A stretch of DNA of 54,970 nucleotides, filler included, from an uncultured virus (IMG/VR IMGVR_UViG_2049941000_000201) (8 parts of one record of this genome joined end to end with filler, not necessarily neighbours in it), one strand, 5' to 3'; numbered from the whole stretch's first letter, positions 21,414 to 32,691 are shown. Notes: a model not told the origin generated them from the sequence alone. Numbers and translations are program-made.

Positions 21414-22887
21414 CAACAACGTATTGCCGCAGACCAGCGGAGACTTGAGCATCGTACACTATGCGGACGCTCAAGGAAACGAGAACTTTTTTATCCGTGC
21501 ATGGGTAAAAGGCAGCAAAGTGCTTATCCCGTTGAAGGAAGTGATGGACGATGTGAACTCGTCAATCGAAAATATCAAGAAACTTATCCCTGAAGGAACA
21601 AGCGAACAGAACCCGCTTGTAAACAACTTAAAACTCTACAAGGAGTTGCACCGCGTACCCAACGGCGGTACATTGCTTGCAGGTGCTAAAGTTGGCGACA
21701 TCCTTTGGGTGGACCCGGATAACGGCGACAAGTACTTCTTTGACAAAGACGTCTATCCTGTATCGCAGGCAGTCGCTGACGGGCTTGAATCCGTTGGCGT
21801 GGTGGCGGACGTTGACGGGCGAAAGCTTCTTATTCTCCACAAGGACGAATCCACCGATTTGATGTTCGTTAACTGCTGGTTGTTCAAGGTAACCGGCATC
21901 CATCTTGATGGCACGACCAACACGCTCAATATGCAGCAACACGCGTCTAACGCTTCCGCGGTTCCGGCAGGAACATTCACGGACAGCACTTCCACGACGC
22001 TTGCCGAGTTCTGTACGGCGCTTGATACGTGGCTCCGCGAGCACCAAACCGTGGCAGGGGCTTCCGTGACCAACTGGCACTGCGAACTGATGCCGGACGA
22101 TGGCGGTGTGGATTCTTGCTTCATCGTTGTCGATACGAACAGTTATCAGAATAGACTTACTCCTATTGCAAGCGGTTCAACGGCAACGGCTACACTTTAT
22201 ATGTGGCAATTTGCCGGACAAACGACTGACAGAACAACGATACTTCGAAACAACGGCTCCAGTGTCTATTATGCCGGGTTGAACAAGGAAAGACTTATCG
22301 AATGGTTCAGCGACCCGTCCAACGTATCCGTCTCGCCGACAAACGACCCGAATGGAGAAGGACTGCTCAACTTGTCGGACTTCAACGGCACAAGCTATCC
22401 TGCCGTGAAGGAATACTACGGCGACTACGAGACCTACATGGAGGCTATGATGATGAAGTGGCCGAGCGAAACTGGGTCACAGGCTGCATTTGCCGGAACG
22501 GGTAAAAACATCGGGCTTGTCCTCGGAACTCATACTCACAAGAACCTCGCTGGAGAATCGGTCTACACGTTCCCTGCTAACAGATTCTCTTATACGAGAG
22601 CCACGGAAGCTACACGAAATAGCGATGACCTGGGCGATGGTTGTTGGTACTTGCCGGACGTTGTAGACTCGTTTAAGGTGTTTTCAAAGATGAAAGTTGA
22701 CGGTACGGACGCGATAAACGATAGTTTGTCTGCAATTTCATCGCGCCGCGCGTTGGGTGTGTCGCGCTGGTGTTGCTCGCGTTCTACCAGCAATGGCAGT
22801 TGGTTGATGCGCCTTAGGGGCCATTTCAACGCCGACGCCTTCACCAGTAGGTATAGGAGCTGCGCGGTTGCGCTCTTGGAATATTGA
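21406..22887 (+). CDS. Putative DGR target protein (CLec-like C-terminus, receptor-binding/adhesin)
   Basis: WYLP motif and terminal RW.CSR...SW....GHF....F....RS.AVALL. Followed by a hairpin and an avd-like gene. Confidence 0.8.
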   Translation: MSSNNVLPQTSGDLSIVHYADAQGNENFFIRAWVKGSKVLIPLKEVMDDVNSSIENIKKLIPEGTSEQNPLVNNLKLYKELHRVPNGGTLLAGAKVGDILWVDPDNGDKYFFDKDVYPVSQAVADGLESVGVVADVDGRKLLILHKDESTDLMFVNCWLFKVTGIHLDGTTNTLNMQQHASNASAVPAGTFTDSTSTTLAEFCTALDTWLREHQTVAGASVTNWHCELMPDDGGVDSCFIVVDTNSYQNRLTPIASGSTATATLYMWQFAGQTTDRTTILRNNGSSVYYAGLNKERLIEWFSDPSNVSVSPTNDPNGEGLLNLSDFNGTSYPAVKEYYGDYETYMEAMMMKWPSETGSQAAFAGTGKNIGLVLGTHTHKNLAGESVYTFPANRFSYTRATEATRNSDDLGDGCWYLPDVVDSFKVFSKMKVDGTDAINDSLSAISSRRALGVSRWCCSRSTSNGSWLMRLRGHFNADAFTSRYRSCAVALLEY

Positions 22888-22901
22888 TTATTAACTTATT
22901 T

Positions 22902-22921
22902 GCAATCCCTTACGGGATTGC
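22902..22921. promoter_or_regulatory. DGR target-recognition hairpin/cruciform
   Basis: Perfect 8-bp stem GCAATCCC/GGGATTGC with a 4-nt loop TTAC, 14 nt after the target stop. Confidence 0.75.
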
Positions 22922-22931
22922 GGAGCTTAAT

Positions 22932-23135
22932 ATGAACAAGGACTACAAGGCAAAGCTTCTAGAAAAAGCTGGAATTTATGTAGACTGTTGCCAGCTTCTC
23001 AAGTGCGTGTACAAGTTGCTTTTTTCAATGCCGAAGAAAGACAGGGTTATTATCGGTGACAAGATTATAGAATACAACTTGTCCATGATAGCCCACTTTT
23101 CTAAAGGGTTTCAGTTCAAGGAATGTAGGCATTGA
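22932..23135 (+). pseudogene. avd: Truncated Avd-like four-helix-bundle accessory protein
   Basis: IY.D..QLLK.VYKL.FSMPKKDRVIIGDKI is an Avd-like N-terminal half. Stops after 67 aa. Confidence 0.7.
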
Positions 23136-23296
23136 ACAAAAACGAAGGATGTGGCTATTTGTCGAAAAGGCTTTGTCCGAGTTCAAAAATGTATTATATT
23201 GGAATAGTGAGAAAAATTCTTTTTCGACAAAGGAACCAAAGCACTCATGACATCGAAATTATAACTACCATTATCGCATACATCGGAGAACTTATT

Positions 23297-23581
23297 ATGT
23301 CCAATTCCAACGAAAAAGAAAACGAAAAATGGAGAAAATTCCTCCAGCCAATCATCACCGGCCTTGTAGCCATGATGACCGCTGTTGTGGGCTACTTGCA
23401 GTATTTGCAGAAGCAGGAGAGCGACAGGCGCGATTCCCGCATTGCCGTTCTCGAAGTGCAGGTAGGCGAGCAGTCCAAGCGCAGCGACAAGTTCGATGTC
23501 GATATAGACAACTTCAAGACACTGCTCTCGGACATACGTTCGGACGTGTCATTTATCCGAGGGAAGATGGAGAAGCGCTGA
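23297..23581 (+). CDS. Holin-like membrane protein
   Basis: One TM segment plus coiled coil ending SFIRGKME. RBS GGAG. Confidence 0.55.
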   Translation: MSNSNEKENEKWRKFLQPIITGLVAMMTAVVGYLQYLQKQESDRRDSRIAVLEVQVGEQSKRSDKFDVDIDNFKTLLSDIRSDVSFIRGKMEKR

Positions 23582-23709
23582 TGTGGATTATTACGTTGCT
23601 AATGGTGCTAGGTTCGCTAAACGCGGAGTTTACCGATGATAAAGAAAGCATTGATAACGGCAAACGTGATTAACTTGGTCACGTTCGTTTACTTTATCTT
23701 GGAGAATTT

Positions 23710-24225
23710 ATGAATAGAACAAAATGCACCGTCAAAAGCGTAAAGGCTTCGCCGTTCATTACAACCGCCGGGCGCCCCTTTGTATTTTTGGGCGCCGCCC
23801 GCATTTTGCTAGAACTTGTTCGAACATATACGGACGGCACAACTGAAAAAGCGTTGCTTACCATTAAAATTCGTCCGGGCTACAAAACGGACGGGGCAAG
23901 CACATTTTTCCCGATTTCGTTGCTTGTACCGCAATGGGTTCCGGGTGACGACAATTACAACGCCGCCCCGGTTGCTCACGATGTGTTGTACATGCTCGGC
24001 GGTATAGTCGATGGTGTACACGAGCCCGTGAAGTTAAGCCGCGAAGAAGTGGATGACATTTTGCGCGGTGTCTGGCGTTGCTGGGGAATGTCCCGCTTTG
24101 TTGCAGCGTGCGCAGACAAGGGAGTTGAGGTTTTCGCGGGCGGAAAAGATCACTGGAAAAATGACAGTTATGGCGTGCGCCAATTTGTCGAAGTAAAATG
24201 GGAGGCTGCTTCATGCTTACTCTAG
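23710..24225 (+). CDS. DUF1353-like phage protein
   Basis: PGYKTDGAS, A..AHD.LY and SREEVDDIL motifs. Confidence 0.75.
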   Translation: MNRTKCTVKSVKASPFITTAGRPFVFLGAARILLELVRTYTDGTTEKALLTIKIRPGYKTDGASTFFPISLLVPQWVPGDDNYNAAPVAHDVLYMLGGIVDGVHEPVKLSREEVDDILRGVWRCWGMSRFVAACADKGVEVFAGGKDHWKNDSYGVRQFVEVKWEAASCLL

Positions 24226-24605
24226 TCCGCTACACTCGAACAGAAACGGCTGTTCTAGGCTCTCTTTACATGAATGGTGCTTTTGTCTGCTACACTCTAG
24301 AAAACGCAGACAAGGCGATTCCGTGCGGGATGTACACGGTGCAGAACTCGAAAAGCCCGAAGTTCAAGCGGGAATTGCCGTTGCTATTTAGCTCGAACGT
24401 TCCGCAATCACGCGGTATAAGGATACACCGCGGAAACACGGCTAAGGACTCGCAGGGGTGCGTCCTTGTTGGCATGGGGCGAAGTACAGAGAAATCCTCG
24501 GTGACTGAATCCACAAACGCCGAGGTCATGGTAACGATGCTGTGCCGTAACGAAACGAATCTTGTCATTGTCGATAACTACAAGCATGGAATTACGGATA
24601 AATGA
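24213..24605 (+). CDS. DUF5675-family protein (candidate lysis peptidase)
   Basis: CYTLE, IP.G.Y, SPKF and GIRIH.GNT..DSQGCVLVG motifs. Confidence 0.85.
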   Translation: MLTLVRYTRTETAVLGSLYMNGAFVCYTLENADKAIPCGMYTVQNSKSPKFKRELPLLFSSNVPQSRGIRIHRGNTAKDSQGCVLVGMGRSTEKSSVTESTNAEVMVTMLCRNETNLVIVDNYKHGITDK

Positions 24606-24985
24606 TATTCACGATTCCTTACGACACGCCGAGCAAGAAGAACAGCCGCATAGTAAACAGAAGGACTGGCCGTAGCTTTCCAAGCAAGGCTTACAGCGAT
24701 TGGCATGTAAGGGCTTCTCTTTGGATAAGGACGCATTACTCGATCAATGCTTTGGGCAACGGGCCGTTTTCGGTCATCATGGCTTTCAATCACGGCACGT
24801 TGCGCAGGTGCGACAGTGACAACAAGGCAAGCTCCATTCTGGACTTGCTTGTCGATTTGGGCGTGATAGAGGACGATAGCTGGCAGGTAGTCCGCAGCCT
24901 TAGCGTAACGAACTATTACGAGAAGGCTATGCCTAGCGTAACGGTGAAGATTTTCCCATATACGGAAGAATTTATAAGCAAGTAG
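24602..24985 (+). CDS. rusA: RusA-family Holliday junction resolvase
   Basis: PSKKNS, RRCD.DNK.SS.LD.L and G...DDS motifs. Confidence 0.85.
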   Translation: MIFTIPYDTPSKKNSRIVNRRTGRSFPSKAYSDWHVRASLWIRTHYSINALGNGPFSVIMAFNHGTLRRCDSDNKASSILDLLVDLGVIEDDSWQVVRSLSVTNYYEKAMPSVTVKIFPYTEEFISK

Positions 24986-25011
24986 AAACCCGTAGTCGGG
25001 GAGACTACAAA

Positions 25012-25046
25012 AAAAGGCCCTCGGTGGGAAACCATCGGGGGCTTTT
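25012..25046. terminator. Bidirectional terminator between convergent operons
   Basis: AAAAGGCCCTCGGTGG-GAAA-CCATCGGGGGCTTTT. Confidence 0.75.
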
Positions 25047-25052
25047 GCGTAC

Positions 25053-25137
25053 AAAAAAAAGAACGCTCGACAACTTAGGATTGTCAAGCGTCAATTAACA
25101 AGAGGGTTCAAACAATATAGTCATTGCTGATGATTGA
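25053..25137 (-). ncRNA. Candidate ~85-nt small RNA
   Basis: Own promoter TTGACA-17-TACATT (25172-25144) and own terminator (stem 25063-25091 plus U8). No ORF with an RBS. Confidence 0.55.
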
Positions 25138-25216
25138 TAAATCAATGTAGCAACGAAACCTTTATTTGTCAAGCGTGCATTTCTCGTCCTGGAAAACGAA
25201 AGAAGGTCCTCGTGAA

Positions 25217-27708
25217 TTATCGCTGGCAATGCCTTTGAATCTCGGACAAGTCCTCTCTAGTGACAATTCGTTTCTCCTTCAATAATTCTTCTCGTGTCAT
25301 TATTTGGCGACCCTTTTTCGAGGCGTTGTGAATAGCAGCAATGCATCTACAGCAAAAGTGACAAGGCGCGCCACCCCATAATACAAATCTAGCTTCGTTC
25401 CTTTTTATTTTATCCTGGCATCCTGAACAGATGATAATACGATTTTTGTATTGTCCCCATACATGATTATTAGTTTTCATTTCCATAAATTACTTGCTCA
25501 GATTTATTCCTTTTAAAAATTCTTCAAACTTGTCGTAGTCGCAATATTCATCGTCATAGCACATTTCTGGATCGTCCTTGAACGGGCATTTCGAACAGGT
25601 TTCTTTTCCAGAAATCGCACCGTAGAAATTGCACATCCCGCACCAGATTTTCGTGATGTATTCTTGTTTTGAATCTTTAATTTAAATCCTAAAATTCCTT
25701 CTCTTGGTGGTTCGTAATGTAGCGCTTTTAGTATTCTTCTTTTTCTTGCGTTCAGTTTATTTGGGTGTTTTTTGTAGAATCTTAAACTAAATCGTTGTTT
25801 GTTCTTTACAGCGTACCTCGCTTCGTAGGCTATAATTTCTTTTAGTTCTCTTTTTATATTGTTCATTCACTCCTCCAGCTTCCTGCCGCACATCGGGCAT
25901 AACTTGATTTTGAAAGCTCCAGACATACGGGAACCGTCCGAGTTGTCAAATGTTATTGTGTTGTCTTCAAGGTAAATTGAAGCGGTCTCGTAATCGCTTT
26001 CGCAATTAAATAAATCGGGCCCATGTCCGTCAAAGTCGTGGCAGTACGGGCATTTATTCTGTTTTATCGTCTCGTCGTTTTGCTCCGCTTTCTTGACGCG
26101 GATGTACATTTGGAGCTGTGGCATTAGTGATTCGTAGGATATTGGACCGACAATCGTAGATTGATAAAACAAATTTTCAAGCCATTCTAACGAGTACGGC
26201 TCTATTTTCTTTCCGGTTTCTTCCTGTATTTCCGGGTAGCTGTTCTCGTCGTCCGTGACAATCACGAACGGACTGCCTTCGAGAATGATACGGAAATATG
26301 TAAGGTCGCCGTCTTTCCATTTTTTGTACAGGCGTTTGATATACCCGAATTTCAAACCATTTTTTTTGAGTTGCTGTTTGAAATCGTCCTCCGTGACGCA
26401 CATAGGCCCGATCAAAAATTTTTTCATATTAAACTCCTATCTTCCTACGCATTGGGTAGATTGAATTTTCTGTAAGGCGTCATTGTACGCTTTCTTTGCT
26501 TCTTCTGGATTTATATACCGTCTGTTCATTTATGCGTACCACTTATCTTCGCTGTCGTAACGTTCCACAAGTGCGCCAAACCCTAGTTCATTGAGCAGGT
26601 CGCACAATACCTGGTCCGCTTTCATGTGATATAGCTCGCAATCATCCTTTTCGGCTTCTTCAAGCCTATCGAGATACTTTCTTTCGAGCCTATTCTTATC
26701 TTCTTCGATGATGTCGATTTTACGGTTCATGGTAACTGCATTGTTCGCAATCGTAGCGTTCGTTTTCTGCAAGTCCGCTATTATTGCGTCCTTTTCGTCC
26801 ACATACTGCTTGCGCATGACGAGCGTGCTTTGCGGGTATTTGGCGTAAGCATCGCCAAGCGTCTCAAATTTGTCTTTTTCTGCCATAATATTACCTTCTT
26901 TACTTTTCCCCTTTATCCGCGGACGTTCCCCATTCGCCGGAGTAGATGCCGTACATGTTCATGCAATGCGGGGCGTTTGTCTCGCCTGCGTAACGTTCCG
27001 TAAGGACGCGGACTTGAAGCCTGCTGGGGCGTGTATAGGTTCTGTGGATTCTGTACCACGTTTCGCGGCAAATGTTGACTAGTTCCGCATGGTCGTTCTC
27101 TATGTCGATCGTTACGGCTTGCGGCCCCGCATTATCCGTCCTTGCCGTGTCCGCTGTCTGTTGTTGATCCTGCTTTAATTGGCTTGCGAGAGCGTTTGTA
27201 AAGAATTGTGCGTTTGCGAATGTGGCGAGCAATGCCACGGTCATGATTAATTTGGTTTTCATTGAATTTTCTCCTTTATTTTTTGCAGTTCTTTGAAAGG
27301 AATAATCTTTTCCAGGTCTTGGCAGGCATGCCAAGGGTTAATCCAGCGGTTAATCATGAGGACAAGTTGTACATCGCTCGGGCATTCGTTCTGGTGATCC
27401 ATGCGATGAGGAGCTACAATTGCATACAGCTTCTTTGCTTTTTCTAGACGCTGTTTATCATATTCTGTTAGCGCCATTGTTTACCGTTCCTTCTTGAAAA
27501 ATAGTTTTCCTTCTGGAGTTATCCATAATGACGGCCTGTTTCCGTCCGCCAGTTCGTTGGCGTTTTCGTGGCACAGCTTGAGCCATTGAATCGTATTCTT
27601 TGCGACTACTTTCGCCTTCTTGTCCTTTGCCATGCCTTCGGATTGCTCAATAAGCATGCGAATTGCGGCCCTGTAGCCTTCCATGAAGGCGATGTTTATG
27701 CGTTGCAA
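25217..27708 (-). CDS. Cluster of small leftward hypothetical early genes (25217-25486, 25513-25866, 25867-26427, 26530-26886, 26900-27262, 27259-27477, 27481-27708)
   Basis: Tightly packed co-oriented ORFs. Several carry CxxC motifs, and 26900-27262 has a signal peptide. Confidence 0.65.
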
Positions 27709-28238
27709 ATCTTCACCTCCGTTATTTTTTCCCTAAATCCGTTTGCGCAGCATTCGCACAACGGAACGAACCCGCGCATCCATCGCATGCGATACTCCTT
27801 GCACTTGCGTTCACGTCTGCACCACCAGCAATTCATGCGTCATTCCCCAGTGTGGATAATGACCGGCTTTACATCGCCTTCTATGGNNNNNNNNNNCTTT
27901 CGTTCACGTCTGCACCACCAGCAATTCATGCGTCATTCTCCCGTGTGGATAATGACCGGCTTTACATCGCCTTCTATGGCTAGAATAGCGTCAAGTAGTG
28001 CATCTTCCAGGTCAAGATCAACGGCGCATTCTTTAGCGTTTGATGGCCTGCAAGCCGCCTTGGCGTAATCGTACACGCCTACAGCCAAACGAGCGCCATC
28101 CGGCAAAGTATAGNNNNNNNNNNNNNNNNNNNNNNNNNNNNNNNNNNNNNNNNNNNNTTAATTAATTAANNNNNNNNNNNNNNNNNNNNNNNNNNNNNNN
28201 NNNNNNNNNNNNNTGCAAAAAAAATTTCAAAAAACTGC

Positions 28239-29459
28239 CTAAAATAGCGACATTTGCCCGTTTTCGTCGCATTTTTGCGCGATTTCGAGCGTTTTTTTTG
28301 CGTTTTTGGGCGATTCTGTAGGCGCAACCGCAGGCGCCTCTTTAGGCTCGATTCCTGGCGATCCTGGAGCCTTCGGAACGGTGGCACTTTGTGGATATTT
28401 GCCTTGTCCTATGCGCCGCTTGAAGTGGGGCCATGCAATCAGGTAGGCGGGCGTGAACCACGCCTCGCGATACTCCATCGCTAGAGCGTCGCCGAGCCTC
28501 ACGACTGCAGGAACGCCGAGAAGCGATAGCGTGAGGTATGTCATGTGTACGCACCTTGAGTCAATGTCGCCGCAGTCAACAAATACGTTCCACGCGTAAT
28601 TTACGCCGTACCCGTTGAGAACATCTATGCTCGCGACGATAAGGCCACCTGCACCGCATGTAGGCTCGTAAAGCGTAAGAACNNNNNNNNNNTCTTGAAG
28701 TGGGGCCATGCTATTAGGTACGCTGGCGTGAACCACGCCTCGCGATAATCCATCGCTAGAGCGTCGCCAAGCCTGACTACAGCAGGAACGCCGAGAAGCG
28801 ATAGCGTGAGGTAGGTCATGTGTACGCACCTTGAGTCTATGTCGCCGCAGTCCACAAATACGTTCCACGCGTAATTTACGCCGTACCCGTTGAGCACGTC
28901 GATGCTTGCGACGATAAGGCCACCTGCACCGCATGTAGGCTCGTAAAGCGTAAGAACGTGGTCCGGGTCGTTCTCGAAGCGTCCAAGCACTTCGTCCTTA
29001 TCCAGCGTGCATTCGCTCATTAGATGGCTTACGTGNNNNNNNNNNCCCCAGCACTTCGTCCTTATTCAGCGTGCATTCGCTCATTAGATGGCTTACGTGG
29101 TACGGAGTGAAGAACTGCCCCGCCTTGCCGTTGCTTGTGCCGGAGTCCATGTAGATTTCTCCGGCAAAGTCGCGGAACTCGCCAGATCCGTTCTTTGCTG
29201 CCTCTATCTCGCCAATGAACAGGCCGAGGCATGACGCGAACGTTTCGAGCTGGTCCTTGGAGTACTGCTTCGCCACGTTCATGTACCGCTTTTCGAACTC
29301 ATCGCGCTTCGTGAAGTCGAACGTGTTGCGAACAGAAATCGCTGAAAGCTCGAAGAAGTCGCGGACAACGGAATAGTAGTCGCGGTCACGTATCGTCTGC
29401 AACATGCGCGGAATTTCTCGCCGTGCCTCCGTAACGGATGGCGGTCGTTTGTTTGCCAT
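28239..29459 (-). CDS. N6-adenine methyltransferase-like protein (overlapping variant fragments; another copy at 29969-30307)
   Basis: GQFFTP and YEPTCGAGG SAM-binding motifs, GDID, GDAL. Confidence 0.8.
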
Positions 29460-30834
29460 GCCTACACCCTCACCATTTTGCAGCGTCCCATTCGTGTCGT
29501 TCCCTGTACCACCCTTCCGGGAGTGTAGGCAGTATGCGCTTCGCTAGCTCGTAATCTTCCTTCGTGAGCGTCCGGCGGTCCTTCGGCCCCATGTAGTAGT
29601 AGTCTAGTCCGAGGTGCACGGCCTCGCAAATCTTGAAAGTGCGTTTATCCATTTTTGATTTCCTCCTTTATCTTGTCTGCGTTTTCGGCCATGTAGTCGG
29701 CAATCTTGCCGTAGGCCGTTGTCCATGTCTCTTCCTTGAATCCGCGCCACGTTGTACGCATCGGGTAGGCCCTGATGAAGGTNNNNNNNNNNCGCGGATA
29801 GCGTCAAGTAGCGCATCTTCCAAGTCAAGATCAACGGCGCATTTTCTATCAATCGAAGGCCTGCAAGCCGCCTTGTCGTAATCGTACACGCCTACAGCCA
29901 AACGAGCNNNNNNNNNNNNNNNNNNNNNNNNNNNNNNNNNNNNNNNNNNNNNNNNNNNNNNNNNNNNNGGCCTTGCCGTTGCTTGTACCGGAGTCCATGT
30001 ACAGCTCTCCGGCGAAGTCGCGGAACTCGCCGGATCCGTTCTTTGCCGCCTCAATCTCACCCATGAACAGTCCGAGGCATGACGCGAACGTTTCGAGCTG
30101 GTCCCTGGAGTATTGCTTCGCAACGTTCATGTACCGCTTTTCGAACTCATCGCGCTTCGTGAAGTCGAACGTGTTGCGTACAGAAATGGCTGAAAGCTCG
30201 AAGAAGTCGCGGACAACGGAATAGTAGTCTCGGTCACGTATAGTCTGCAACATGCGCGGAATCTCTCGCCGTGCCTCTGTAACGGATGGTGGTTGTTTGT
30301 TTGCCATGCCTATACCCTCACCATTTTGCGGCATCCCATTCGTGTCGTTCCCTGTACCACCCTTCCTGGAGTGTAGGCAGTATGCGCTTCGCCAGCTCGT
30401 AATCATCCTTTGTGAGCGTCCGGCGGTCGTTTTTCGCCATGTAGTAGTAATCGAGTCCGAGGTGTACGGCCTCGCAAATCTTGAACGTGCGTTTATCCAT
30501 AATTTTAAAACTCCTTAAATTCTCCAGTTATGGTACTGGCTTTATATTTCTTTTTACACTTTGTACATTCAAACAAAGCGTAACCGAAAACTATTTGCAT
30601 TAACGGTGATTTGTCAATCAAATCAAGATCACCGCCANNNNNNNNNNNNNNNNNNNNNNNNNNNNNNNNNNNNNNNNNNNNTTAATTAATTAANNNNNNN
30701 NNNNNNNNNNNNNNNNNNNNNNNNNNNNNNNNNNNNNTCCCTCCGGCGGCGGTACGGTATGTTTACGGGACCGATGAACAAGTTTGTGTGATTAGTGTTG
30801 TGTTCATGTGTCATGCCTCCATCGGGATAATCTC

Positions 30835-31266
30835 TTATGCGTTGTACTTCTCCGCTTCCTCTCGCGTTCGGAAGAAGTGGAACCCGCTCGCGCATTCAAC
30901 GTTGTACATGTGGTTGAACTCCTCGATTTCGATGTCCTGCATGAGCCGGTACTCGAAATTGTTGTCGTATGAGCTGTGCAATACTTCGTTCTGTCCCCCC
31001 ATGTCGATTATGCGTGCCTTGTTCGCACGGCACTTGCTTCCGTTGATGCAAAACACGATTGCTCCGGCAGGAATCGTGGCGGTAATCACTACGCCCTCTT
31101 TCGTTTTCTTGTAGACAGTTATCGGCTCTTTTAGAATTTGTCCGAGACGGAACTTTTCTTTTTCTTCGAGATTTGCTCCGTAGAGATTTGCGCCTGTGAG
31201 ATTTGCGTTTTTGAGATTTGCTCCGTAGAGATTTGCTCCGTAGAGATTTGCGTTTTTGAGATATGC
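30835..31266 (-). CDS. Pentapeptide-repeat protein with DUF5758-like C-terminal domain (5' truncated)
   Basis: ANLYG/ANLKN repeats at 31170-31266; KCRANKA and ECASGFHFF motifs. Confidence 0.85.
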   Translation of the reverse strand, partial: AYLKNANLYGANLYGANLKNANLTGANLYGANLEEKEKFRLGQILKEPITVYKKTKEGVVITATIPAGAIVFCINGSKCRANKARIIDMGGQNEVLHSSYDNNFEYRLMQDIEIEEFNHMYNVECASGFHFFRTREEAEKYNA

Positions 31267-31833
31267 NNNNNNNNNNNNNNNNNNNNNNNNNNNNNNNNNN
31301 NNNNNNNNNNTTAATTAATTAANNNNNNNNNNNNNNNNNNNNNNNNNNNNNNNNNNNNNNNNNNNNCGTAACGCTGGCTCACGCCTTGCGCGAAGTTACG
31401 TAGCAGGTTGATTTCTTCGTTCATGGGGGCGAGGTTGTTCAGGATGAACTGCGAGAGAATCCGTTCCCANNNNNNNNNNGAATTTGTCATTTTCTGCCAT
31501 AATATTACCTTCTTTACTTTTCCACATTATCCGCGGACGTTCCCCATTCGCCGGAGTAGATGCCGTACATGTTCATNNNNNNNNNNTTGTCGTAAACCCG
31601 CCGTTTCCCACGATGCTCTTCACGTTTCCGAGGAACTCCTTACGTTCGAGGCTGGAGAGCCGCCTGATTTTCGCCTTTCGGTTCTCCTCGTCAATTGCGG
31701 CTTGCGGACGCTGTTCCGGCTTCGGTTCTTCTAGCTCGTCCTTGTGGGCTTCGAGTTCAGCCCAGATGGCGTCAAGCCTCGCCATTTCCTCCGCTGTCTT
31801 TACTTTCGCCAGTGCCATCGTTGATTAGTTCCT

Positions 31834-31985
31834 TTAGAGATCCATAAACTCGATTTCATTTTTTTCCTGCAACTTAAAGATTACGCTCCCAAAAGCAGGG
31901 CTCTTTTCGTTTCTTCCGAGTCCACTCTCAAACTTGATTCTGCCATTGAACAAATACAATCTTATCCCCTCCTTATGTTTGGTTG
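31834..31985 (-). CDS. Phage Dam-like methyltransferase, C-terminal fragment
   Basis: GRIKF...PAFGSVI, typical of phage N6-adenine MTase C-termini. Confidence 0.55.
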
Positions 31986-32691
31986 NNNNNNNNNNGAGTT
32001 GAGTGTCCATTTTAACGGCTTGCGCAAGGTGCGCCTTGCTTTGGCTTGCCAGTGTTGCAGCCCTTTTGTGCAGGAGGTCGGCTCCGAATGGGCTGTTCTG
32101 CAATGCACAGTATGCCGAAAAAAGAGCATCGAACATAAGCGCCTTGGATTCNNNNNNNNNNNNNNNNNNNNNNNNNNNNNNNNNNNNNNNNNNNNNNNNN
32201 NNNNNNNNNNNNNNNNNNNNNNNNNNNNNNNNNNNNNNNNNNNNNNNNNNNNNNNNNNNNNNNNNNNNNNNNNNNNNNNNNNNNNNNNNNNNNNNNNNNN
32301 NNNNNNNNNNNNNNNNNNNNNNNNNNNNNNNNNNNNNNNNNNNNNNNNNNNNNNNNNNNNNNNNNNNNNNNNNNNNNNNNNNNNNNNNNNNNNNNNNNNN
32401 NNNNNNNNNNNNNNNNNNNNNNNNNNNNNNNNNNNNNNNNNNNNNNNNNNNNNNNNNNNNNNNNNNNNNNNNNNNNNNNNNNNNNNNNNNNNNNNNNNNN
32501 NNNNNNNNNNNNNNNNNNNNNNNNNNNNNNNNNNNNNNNNNNNNNNNNNNNNNNNNNNNNNNNNNNNNNNNGGACTCGTTGCAGTTGATGGCCTTCTTTA
32601 CGGGGTCGTCCGGCAGCCACGTGGAGCATGGGTTCTTCCACACCGTCTGCTCCGGCTTCGGCGGGTTCGGTTTGAAGTTTGGCATATTCCG

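Noticed and set aside
25097..25165. Hammerhead ribozyme-like core (CTGATGA...GAAAC) on the + strand
   Set aside because: Stem II lacks the closing G:C pair and stem I is only 3 bp. The region is better explained by the minus-strand promoter and small RNA.
31170..31266. 15-bp tandem repeats
   Set aside because: They encode pentapeptide repeats of an ordinary protein.
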